Below, piece after piece: positions 13,229-24,585 of a stretch of 64,000 bases of DNA. The stretch lies in NCBI GenBank assembly GCA_025603075.1, contig MU626296.1, positions 62,001 to 126,000 of the forward strand. The letters are read 5' to 3'. The position numbers were made by a program, and so were the translations under genes. The stretch's first letter is position 1; each line of letters starts with the position of its first letter. The notes under the pieces were generated by a model that was not told where the DNA came from, searched no databases, and was given only the letters and a program-made list of their open reading frames with translations. This DNA comes from Neoconidiobolus thromboides FSU 785 (taxonomy: Eukaryota; Fungi; Entomophthoromycota).

Positions 13229-13628
13229 ATAATTCAATTTATATATGTTTATTTTTCTGTTAATATTTTCTATTTCTCAATTTCATTTTATTACAAGTCG
13301 TAATGTATTTCTATTATAATATTTCAGTTCATTAATAATTTTCGATACTTTAATATACCTACAAATTAAATTAATATAATACTAACCTAGCTTATAGTCA
13401 TATATCTTAAAATAATTGTATCCTACCTAAAGAATCGAAGTCTTAACTAAAAGTTAATATTAGGTAAAAACATTTCCAATATTTAGAAAATCTATTTCAT
13501 TTCAAAGTGGCTTATTTCTTGAAAATTCCATTTTGATTCATTTAATTGGTTAAAATAGCAATTCACTATTTAAACAATGTAAACATAACTCATTCAATAA
13601 ATTTTAATTTTAAAAAATAAAAATAAAG

Positions 13629-14270
13629 ATGGCATTTCGACAAATTGATATTGATACAATTGAAGGTAAAAGATGGGTGAATTCAGATTTTATATTAGCT
13701 GATAATAGTGTTATTGAACAAGAATATAATGAAAGAAGTAAAGAAGTTAAAACTTTATTATCAAAGTAGGTTCATGATTTTTTAAATGATAAATGAGTCA
13801 TAAATAATTGATTTAACTGAGATAAATTTTAATTAGGGGCAAAAATCAAGAAGCTTTAGAAAGAGCACTTTTAAATCCACCTTATTTTTCAGATAATGAA
13901 GAGTTAAAAGTAAGTTACAATAATAATAATTAACAAGAATTATCATTGTTTATAAACTTAAATCATTTTAGAATCAGAATTTACATTCCGTCATGGATGT
14001 CTTATCTTCTTTTAAAAGCAATCAATTACCAGATGTTATTGGCTCTTTATCACCGGATCATTTAGATGTTTTAATGAAATATGTTTATCGTGCTATGGCA
14101 TATCCAGCTCAATTTAATAGCTCTGTGGCTTTAACTTGGCATGAAAAAGTAAGTTTTTACTTTCTTTTTTAAACTTGAACTTGAGTCATTGATCAAAATT
14201 AATATAGTTAGTTGAAGCTAATGGTACAGCTGCTATTGTTCGTGTTTTGACTGATTATAGAACTGTTTAG
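13629..14270 (+). CDS. ARPC5: Arp2/3 complex subunit 5 (p16-Arc), 4 exons; absent from ORF track
   Basis: MAFRQIDID, ALLNPPY, DVLMKYVYRAM, LTWHEK and GTAAIVRVLTDYRTV* assembled across GT-AG introns. Confidence 0.93.
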
Positions 14271-14439
14271 TTTATCAAATGGTTTAAATGGAAGGTTCAT
14301 TAAGTAAATAAGTTTGATTTAATATTTTTTACTTTTAGATTGTAGTTTTAATTTATTTGTTCCGTGATTGAATTTTAATTTGATTATTTAGTTTTAATTT
14401 AATGCCAATAATATAAGACTAATATTAATATAGAACAAC

Positions 14440-14548
14440 ATATAAGAATGTATTTTTATGTTTAAGAATTTTAGTGATAGTTTTTTTTACTCAAATAGCG
14501 CTTACAAGATGGAAAAAGTGATGAAGCCAAAAAAAAACATCTCGATAT
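14440..14548 (-). mobile_element. MITE-like dispersed repeat copy
   Basis: Reverse match to the family consensus core (CTCAAATAGCGCTT..AAGATGGAAAAAGTGATGAAGCCAAAAAAAACATC). Confidence 0.85.
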
Positions 14549-14949
14549 AACAACTAAAGCTCATATTTCGATGAAAAACTAGTTCATAAATTGTCAATCA
14601 TACTCAATTTTACTGATAATTATAATTATAATACTCCAAATTTACAAGTTAAATGTATCAACTATAAATAGGAACCTTGTTTAATCATTATAATTTAAGT
14701 ATCTTATTTGAATGAACCTTTATTTATAAATAGTTAACTTTTAAACCTAAATCAGGATATAATATGTTTGGAAAAATATAAAATTATTGAGATTCGTATA
14801 TAATAAAAAAACTTAAAACTATATAAAGGATAAATAAATAAAAAACAATAATACCTTTTTAAACTAAGGATTAATTCAAAAGAATAATTCAACTAGTTTG
14901 ATATGATTTTTATATTTAGTAATAAAGAAAAGAATGTCTGTTTTAATAA

Positions 14950-16153
14950 TTAAATAGACTGCATATTTGTAATAGTAACTCCCAAATCTTGTTTTGCTTT
15001 ACCATTGGCGATAGATTTCCTAGCAATTTCCACCCCATGTTTAAAGTCATTAGCGATACCAGCGGTTACTAAAACAGCAGAAGTATTTAATAAAATAAAA
15101 TCCAAAATTGGGCCATGATACTCATTATTTAATATCCTTGAAAATAACTTTGCATTTTCTTCACTTGTTCCACCTTTAACTAATGATAATTCATGTCTTG
15201 ATAAACCAAAATCTTCCGGTGTTATTATTCTTTCAGTGATTTTACCACTTTCAATTTCCCATACCTAAAAAAAATTAAAGTTAAAGCAAAATTAATTATA
15301 AATTATATAAATAAAACTTACAAAAGTTTCCCCGGCTATAGAAATTTCATCTAAACCTTCTTTACCATGAACTACCATACCTTTAACTGCTCCTAAAAGT
15401 AATAATGTTTCTGCCATAATTTTACCCAATTCTTTAGAATAAACACCTACTACCATTCGACCAGGTCTAGCTGGATTCGATAATGGTCCTAAATAATTAA
15501 AGATAGTTGGAAATCCAAGTTCTTTTCTTGGTTTTGATACTGATACCCATGCTGGATGAAATAATGGAGCAAATAAAAAACAAAAGTTATTATTTTTAAT
15601 TACGGAGGGTACATTATCTTTAGTTATCTTTTCAAAATTATACCCAACAGATTGTAAAAAATCGGAAGACCCTGATTTTGATGTAGAAGCTCGATTACCA
15701 TGCTATCAAGTAAATAAAAATATTATTATAATTTTTTATCTAATATTAATTTTAATAACTCACTTTAACTACCTTAGCCCCACAAGAAGCAGAGATAATA
15801 GCAGATGCTGTAGACACATTAAAAGTATCATGACCGTCACCACCAGTACCAACGATATCAACCAAATTATTTCTAAACTCATCTTCTTCAAAATGAATCA
15901 AATTAGCATGTTCTCTTAATACTCTAACACAAGCTTCAACAATTTTTGGATTTTTATCTATCTTTGCTAATTTAATTATAGTTAAAAAAGAACCTATCTG
16001 TGCAGCTGTAGCTTTTCCACTCATGATTATTGTCATGGCTAAAACAGTATCATCATAAGTGAATTCTTCTGGGATGGATATTAACTTCTTTAACAATGGT
16101 TTAAAGCTATCTGAAGTTAGTTCTGAAGTTAGTTCTGAAGTCATTGAAGTCAT
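14950..16153 (-). CDS. TRP4: Anthranilate phosphoribosyltransferase, 3 exons
   Basis: DIVGTGGDGHDTFNVST, HGNRASTSKSGS, PTIFNYLGPLSNP and GLDEIS motifs. Confidence 0.95.
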
Positions 16154-16227
16154 TATAAGGCTTATAAATTAATAAATAAAGGTTTGATTGAGGTTGATTT
16201 TTGAGTTCTTTTGTATTGATTTTTTTT

Positions 16228-16242
16228 ATGATGACTCATCAT
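16228..16242. promoter_or_regulatory. Gcn4/CpcA (AP-1-type) element ATGACTCAT within a 15-bp pseudo-palindrome, about 75-90 bp upstream of the TRP4 ATG
   Basis: Sequence ATGATGACTCATCAT; TRP4 is a known Gcn4 target in yeast. Confidence 0.5.
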
Positions 16243-17518
16243 ATGTACAAATTAAGAAGTAATATTATCAAAGTTTACTAAATTTTCGATGTAATAAAGT
16301 TATTATTTTGGATATTTGAAGTATTTTTTAAATTTAATAATATATACTCCTTTAAAAAATAAAATGTTTTAAATTAATATTTAAATGTTTTATTAGTTAA
16401 CTCTAATTATTGATATTTAACATATTTAATAAATATTATAGTGGTAATATTTTTATCAAATTGATCACGTTGTAAATTAGACGAAAAATTAATCAGTCTT
16501 ATTTCAAAATATGACAATAAAATTCATGTATAGTTTTATTTTTTAAAATACATTTTTACTTATAAGTAAATATAACAAGTAGATTACGTTATAAATAATA
16601 TAATTTATTTAAATAAATCGGAAATTATCTTTTCCTTTATATTATCATGTAAATGGCTTTGGATATAAAACAATAAATATATTGAAAATAATTTTATCTA
16701 ACTTGAAAAACAAAGCTATCTTAATATGTATACAATAGAACCCACTTCAAATTTCTTAACAACTCATTTTTGATAGTTTCTTCTTTTTTGTCTTTACATT
16801 ATCTTTATATAAATATATACAATGTTTGTTCCATCTACTTTAGCTTTAGTATCTTTTTTTATCTTTTTTGTTTCAATATAACTATTGATTTTTTTTATTT
16901 TTCACTATATAAAAATGAATCAAATATTAAAATAATAAAAAATCGTCTTCAGTTTCATAGCTATCAGTTTTGATTTTAGTTATTTTAATTTTAAAATTAA
17001 TTACACCATATATTATTTTCAATATATTCTAATTCTTCTGGAAAATCACCTTGGTAAAATAACACTTTTATAATATTTTCATTTTTGTATAAAATTTCAC
17101 AAATCTCTAGATATTTGTTATTTACCTTGCTTTTTAAGTAATTCCAGTTTATACTATCTTTTGCTAACCCAGAGTAAATAGAAAATCTTTACTATATATA
17201 AATATTTTATTATTTTGACCTATCGCTGAATTATTTTAATATTTTCTTCACTATAATGACAATATTTAATATATCAATAGTGATATAGTCTTTTAAAATA
17301 CTACTATTTTTTCTTAATATTATTTTAAACTTTATATTAATATCAAATAGCCTATTTCATTAAATTATAACTGCTGCAAGTGTTGTAGATATTATAAAAG
17401 TATTAGTTTTTGACTATAAAAAATAATCCAATAATAATGGGATAAATTAGAATTTTAAATTTGAACATAAACAAAAATTTAAAAATCAACTAAAGAGTCT
17501 TATATTAATTTCATCTAA

Positions 17519-18369
17519 ATGTCGGCAGTACCAAATTTAACATTATACGTCAATAATCTTAATGATAAGATCCACAAAGAAGGTAAAATTCGTACTTATT
17601 TTTTGTAAATAAGATTTTATCATTTACTTGTAGATTTAAAAAAGAATCTTTATAATTTATTTACAACTTATGGTACAATTGTGGATATAATAGCTTTAAA
17701 AACGAAAAAATGTCGAGGACAAGCATTTATTGTTTTTGACAATATGCCATCTGCTACCGCTGCTTTAAAAGCTTTACAAAACTTTAACTTTCTTGGTAAA
17801 GAAATGGTAAATAATTTTTGATTTATCAACTATAACTAATAATTTAGAAAATTCAATTTGGAAAAACAAAATCAAACGTTATCAAACAAATGGAAGGAAC
17901 TTTTAAATCAGCTTATATTCCATTAAATACAGCTACTCCTATAACTTCACAAACTGGTAATTTTCAATTTGTGTTACTTTTGACCTAAAATTTATATGAT
18001 TATTAGAAAAAAGAGAAAGAGAAGAGGAGGAAGATGAAACCGAAGAATCAGGTAATAGATTATAAAAGATAATAGAATAAGGCTAATTTATTATTAGCCA
18101 ATAAAAAAGCAAGTAACGAAGAAACAGAGGAAGAAGCCAACCGTATTTTATATATTGAAAACTTACCAGCTGAAGCAACAGATGAAATGGTATCTTTCCT
18201 TTTTCAACAATATGCTGGATTTAAAGAAATTCGAATGGTACCTGGTAGACCTGGTTTAGCATTTGCTGAGTTTGAAACTTCAGCTCAAGCAACTGCAGCC
18301 AAAACTATTATGAACGGTTTTCATTTTTCAACTGAAAATATTATCAAGGTTACCTATGCTAAAAAATAA
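17519..18369 (+). CDS. U1A/U2B''-family snRNP RRM protein, multi-exon
   Basis: PNLTLYVNNLNDKIHKEDLKKNLYNLF, KCRGQAFIVF, second RRM ILYIENLP...LFQQYAGFKEIRMVPGRPGLAFAEF...KVTYAKK. Confidence 0.92.
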
Positions 18370-18965
18370 ATTTAAGTTATGTTGTGAGTGGAAGTTTTAT
18401 AGTAATGTTTATTTTTTGCTTTAAATCATCAAAATTAAATATTATACCAGGATATTATGAATGTTTATCAGATCTTGAGTTACTGTTTGCTTTTTTAAAA
18501 TAAATGCTGTCAGATTATACTTATTCAATTTTGTATTCTATATAAATTTTAATAAGAGTTTTATTCAAATCTAAGATAAATAATTAGAGTAGAATTATGG
18601 CAAATAATCCAGATCTTTTTTTAATTTTCAGTATACATTAAATTAACTTAATAAGAAATATATAAAGTAAACTCTTAATTACTTTTACTATGATAATTCA
18701 AAAGCCGACACCTATTAAACTATGGCGTTTTACAATTATATTATAACTTAATATCTCCTCAAAATTCACTTTATCTTATTATATGTCCCTATACATTTTG
18801 TTCTTATTAGGTAAATTGAAGTAAATTATAATAGTGTTATTACTATGACTCTTGATTGGTTAAGGAATAGCCAATAAATCATCATCAATCCTACTTAGTG
18901 ATACATAAACCGTGCTTTAGTCAAAAATTAGTTTTTATTTTTAAATAAAAGGAGTATCACTATAA

Positions 18966-19510
18966 ATGGAAGGGCAAGAAGTCGAAGAGAAGAAAAGGTT
19001 TGTTGTAAAGAAGGTAAAAAAAGCTTTGAGATTAAATTAAATCAACTAAAACTATCAAATTTAGTGGAATGCTGTCGCTTTATGGGCTTGGGGTAAATAA
19101 ATTCAGCTTAAATTTGAATAAATTTGTAACTTAAATTAAATAGATATTGTAGTGGATAACTGCGCTATTTGCCGTAGTCATATTATGGAGCTATGTAAGT
19201 ATCTAATATTTAATAATAAAATATTAAGATACTAATTTTTGGTAGGCATAGAATGTCAGACAAATCAACCTAATGCTTCAAATGAAGAATGCAAAGTTGC
19301 TTGGGGAGTTTGCAATGTAATTAAGCTTTGATTTAATTACATAAATACTAATTAGTTTTAGCATGCTTATCATTATCACTGTATTTCAAGATGGTTAAAG
19401 GATCGTCATGTTTGTCCACTTGATAATCGTAGTTGGGAGTTCCAAAAGTAAGTTTTATCAGATTAAGTTTTGAGTTGATTTTAAAATTCCAAATTAGATA
19501 CGGCGAATAA
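18966..19510 (+). CDS. RBX1: RING-box protein Rbx1/Roc1/Hrt1, 6 small exons; absent from ORF track
   Basis: RFVVKK|WNAVALWAW|[17 protein letters not shown]|CIECQ...VAWGVCN|[29 protein letters not shown]|YGE*. Confidence 0.93.
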
Positions 19511-20321
19511 ATTATTCGAAATGAAGCGAAATCAAATACTTGGTATAGCTTTCAAATATTTTTAATTATTACATTTCACGTAGATTAATCTGCAATCAAT
19601 TATTTTTAAAAAGTATTAAATTTGTAAAATAAATTTTATATTGAAGGGATAGTTTAATATTATATTTTATCTAATTATTTTTGTCAGTATTTCCGATATT
19701 GTTGCTGTATGTTTATAGAATCTGTCAAACATTTAAATGTATTCCATATACTTTATATTTACTTTACTATTATTATTTTTTTACTTTTAGTTTATAAATA
19801 AAATCATGATATCTAAAAGTGAAATATATATAGAAATATATAAAAATTCAATCAAAATAATAACGAATATATTTTATTTTAAAATAGTGCTATTATATTC
19901 TGATTTACATGTTAGAATTGTCAAACGGCTTGTTAAAATATAACTAATTTATTATAATTAAAGAATAGATTGTATATCATAACTTTCTAACGCATGTTAA
20001 GCTATCTGAGTAATAGGCGTTATAGTTTCATTTATTGTAGCTAGAACCAAAATCAAGGCTGTATTTCTTAGAATACCTATTGGAATATCTTTTTTGGTTT
20101 GATCATTTTGTCCATTTTTTTAGGCTACTAGATCAAAAAGCATTCATGAATAAAAGATTAAATAGATTTTTAGTATAAAATGCTTGATATTTATTTATTA
20201 TGGTTTAATAGAAAAAAAGAATATAAAGTACAAAATTTATTTGAATTTTAGTTTCTAACTCAAAATTACTCAATATGTTTGAGTGATACTATCCTGAAAG
20301 AGATGTATTACCATTATATAA

Positions 20322-20429
20322 TATATGAGAGTGTTTTTTTTAGCTTCATGACTCTTTCCATCTTTTAAGTAGTATTTAAGTGGAGAAATTGTTAGTAAAA
20401 TTCTTAAACACAAAAACACATTCCTATAT
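20322..20429 (+). mobile_element. MITE-like dispersed repeat copy
   Basis: Matches the family consensus; degenerate TIRs. Confidence 0.85.
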
Positions 20430-21200
20430 GTTACATTTGACTACTTGCACGTTTATACCTGATACTGGTAGAAGTTGGACACTTCAAGTTTATTTATCTG
20501 TAGGCAATGTAGTTGTGTGTTTTTATCTTAAATATTTAAACTAGATGTAGTTAACCATTATTATTTATAATGGTTAGCCTATTTCTTTGTATCAAAAATT
20601 CATAGCTCATTCTAAAATTAATAATCATAAACATTAATAATAATAATAAATATTAGTTTTTATACTGTTTTTAACTACATGGTCCTGCATCTTATATTTA
20701 GCTAAAATCTCTTTTTCCTAAAATGTTAGCTCAAAGCAGCATCAAACATTGCTGTCAATACATAAATAACAGCTTAGCCTAGTTTTGTATCGCAAAGATA
20801 TTTAGAACCAATATTTAGTAGGCTCAGCTATTACTTATTTCTACTGATAAGCATTTATTTTTAGTTTTTAATAGATGTCTTACTTGATCAATTTTAGTTG
20901 GCTAATTTAATATATTTGCTTCTTGTAATATTAAATTATCGAAGCAACACTTCTTACCACAGGCTTAGTAAAGATATCAATTTTATGTTATAATTTATAA
21001 AATACAAGTAGAAAGTATAAAATATTTACAAAAAACCGTAGCTTCTATTAGCAATTTTGGTGGAACCTGACCAGAGTTGGATTCATAATCTTCATCATTC
21101 TTAATAATATATATATATTCAGTAACAAATGTTAATACAGCATGGATACAGTTTATTCACCCATTATTAACAATTCATGGAATCAACTTTATCACTAGTA

Positions 21201-21309
21201 TATATGAGGATGTTTTTTTTTGACTTCATCACTTTTTCTATCTTTTAAGCGCTATTTGAATGGAAAAATTGTTAGTAAAATTCTTAAATACAAAAATACA
21301 TTCCTATAT
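21201..21309 (+). mobile_element. MITE-like dispersed repeat copy
   Basis: TATATGAGGATGTTTTTTTTTGACTTCATCAC...CAAAAATACATTCCTATAT. Confidence 0.88.
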
Positions 21310-21352
21310 TATAGTACTAGTATAAAAAATACCAGCTTGTATTCATTATTAT

Positions 21353-21458
21353 ACATTTAGAGATGCTTTTATTTGTTCAAAAACTTTACTAATATCCTTT
21401 TCGCTCAATAAAGCTTTAAAAATGGCAAAATAGATGAAACCGAAAAAGACACTCCTAT
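21353..21458 (-). mobile_element. MITE-like repeat, degenerate inverted copy
   Basis: Reverse complement aligns to the consensus with many substitutions. Confidence 0.7.
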
Positions 21459-22341
21459 TTATTTCTTAAATCATTTAAATATGACACTATAAATATATTC
21501 AATAGTAAAAATTTCATTTTTAAAATTTTTACATCAAATAAACTCACATCGATATCATTATTTATATTGAAGTTACTACCATAAAACATGACATTCGGGG
21601 CTACACAGTGGAAATAGAACCCTTTTTAGCATGGCTTTTTCTCCAATACACAAATCATGAAAACTTCATAATTATTTTATACAACATTTCAACAGAGTTT
21701 TGTAGTAATACGACTTACTATAGAATTGTTAATATTGAATTAGAATATAACCTGGATTTGATGTTTTATTATATCCTATGACAAACTAAATAAAATAGTT
21801 TATTTATGTATTTCATATAATAAAATTATAAATTTTAGTACTTTTTTATTTTAAGCATTTTTTATAAATTTAAACTCATTTCAAGCATGATTAAAATTAA
21901 TTTTCACCCTATCATTAGTTTATATATTTGCTTTTATAGTTCCTCCAACTTATGTTTCTTATAAAAAGCATTACTAATATATCAGTGATATTAAAATAAA
22001 CTAGATAAAAAGAGGGCTATCTGGGCTATATTAGGATTAAACTATGATTTTTTACTTGTGAGTATGATTTTTAGTCTTCAACGAATGACGTCAAATTAAT
22101 TTAAAATAGATGAATTTTGTTTTTAAATAGGTAAATCTAATTATTACATCACTATTCTTACATAATATTGTGTTCAAATATTTTTTATAGACAGCCAACC
22201 ATGTCCATTGACTACATGCAAAGGAAAAACTAAATTTCGGAATAACCAAATATAGGCATATGTAGGTGATAATTACCGCTAAAATAGCATAAATTCGAAA
22301 CTTATCATTAAATAGCAAAATCAACTTTTGAAATTATAACA

Positions 22342-24541
22342 ATGAGTGAAATTAAAAGTAATACTATCCCTCAACAGCGTTTACAGTCCTTAAAGAATCA
22401 TTTGGTACCCCAATCCAATGAGACTCGCGCTAAACAACCAAAGTAACATAATTAATATTAGAACTGCTATTTGTTTATTTTATTTTAGTAGTTTTGACAT
22501 AAAAGAAAATACCTCAGGACAGACTTTTACTGTTCAAGCACCAGACAGTAAAGATAAACCCAACAGCTTTCATCTTTTAAAAGGAAGGTAAGTGCTTGTT
22601 TAGTTGTTACTCTCATCATTAAATTAAATTATTTTATTTAGTGATAATCCAAATACATTAACAGTGTTAGACAACCGTACTAACAAAATCTATAACATTC
22701 CAATTGATAATGACACTATCAATGCTTCTGACTTTAAAAAGATAAAGGACAAAGAAAATGAGTCTGGTATCATGTAAGTAGAATAACATGAAAAAACTGT
22801 ACTTAACTAAAACAAAGTATTTAGGATTTATGATCCAGCATTTATGAACACTTCTGTTGCACGTTCTACTATTACCTTCATTGATGGTGATAAAGGAATT
22901 TTACATTATCGTGGTTATCCAATTGAAGAATTAGCTGAAAAGAGTAACTTTTTAGAAGTTTCTTACCTTTTAATTTATGGAGATTTACCAACCAAGGTAA
23001 CACATAATGAGTAATATAGCATAACACAGAGTATAATTATTTGTTTAGACCCAATATGATCACTTCCAAAAAGAAGTTATGACTCACACCTTCTTACATC
23101 GTAACTTTATTGATTTAATGAAAGCATTTAACTACGATGCCCATCCCATGGGTATGTTTATTAGGTAATTCAATAATATTAACATTGAATTTATAATTTA
23201 ATTTGGAATATAAAGTGGTGTTTCAGCTATGTCCACTTTTTCGCCTGATGCTAACCCTGCTTTAAGAGTAATTTCAGCTATAATAATTCCAAAAAATAAT
23301 GATACCAATATTGTTAGGGTACTAATCTTTATGATAATAAAGATGCTATGGATAAACAAATTATTCGTATCCTCGGAAAAATGCCAACTTTAGCTGCTTT
23401 ATCCTATCGTAATCGTATTGGACGGTAAATTGAATATAGATTTATAATTCAACTCAATAATAATATTATGTTTTTAGCCCACACAATCTACCACAAAATC
23501 ATTTGAGCTATACTGAAAATTTACTATTTATGATGGATAGGTTGTCAGAACATTCTTATCGTCCAAATCCAAAATTAGCTAAAGCTTTAGATGTTTTATT
23601 TATTCTTCATGTAATATAGATAACAAAAATATTTGGAAAATAATAAACTTTGACTTATTAGGCTGATCATGAATTGAATTGCTCAACTGCTGCTATGCGT
23701 CATATTGGATCTAGCCGTGTTGATCCTTACAGGTAAATATATGATACTTTAACAATAAGTTATATTAATGAATTATTTAGTGCAATTGCAGGTGCTGCTG
23801 CAGCACTTTATGGACCACTTCATGGTGGGGCCAATGAAGTACGATTTATTTTTATTGTAAATGTATCATATTAAATTGTAAATTGTAGGCTGTATTACGT
23901 ATGTTAGAAGACATAGGAAGTGTTGATCAAATCCCAACTTTTATTCAACAAGTTAAAGATAAAAAGAAAAAGTTAATGGGATTCGGCCATCGTATCTATA
24001 AAAATTATGACCCTAGAGCAGCTATTATTCGTAAAACTGCCTATGAAGTAAAAATTATACTTTTTAATATCTCTACTATTATATTTAATTTGTGAATAGG
24101 TATTTGAGATCTGCGGACGTGAGTCATTGATTGATGTAGCAGTGGCTTTAGAAGAAGCTGCACGTAAAGACCCTTATTTTGTTGAACGTAAATTGTATCC
24201 AAATGTTGATTTCTATTCAGGACTTATTTATAAGGCCATGGGATTCCCAACCGATTTTTTCCCAGTTTTATTTGCAATTCCAAGAGTGGCAGGTTGGTTA
24301 GCTCATTGGAAAGAATCTCTTGCAGATAAAAAGGCAAAGATTTGGAGACCAAGACAAGTTTATGTTGGCGAAACTAAAAGATCCTATCTTCCAATGGATT
24401 CAAGAAATGAAGTTAACGTAAAAGCAGAGGATGTGTCTCCATTATCAAAGGTACCTTAATGTATATTTTATTTTTACAGTAGTAACTTTTTTATAGCATC
24501 AAACTTCAAAGAGATCTTCTGTCGCCTCTTTTAAATATTAA
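22342..24541 (+). CDS. Citrate synthase, peroxisomal/glyoxysomal (bacterial-GltA-like) type with N-terminal PTS2, multi-exon
   Basis: YDPAFMNT...[79 protein letters not shown]. Last exon and stop position are inferred. Confidence 0.95.
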
Positions 24542-24585
24542 AATAAATATTTTATTATAAACTTTATTAAAAAAAATAATGTATT

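Noticed and set aside
13793-13801. ATGAGTCAT (AP-1/Gcn4 site) in ARPC5 intron 1
   Set aside because: Intronic, in a gene unrelated to amino-acid control; most likely chance in AT-rich DNA.
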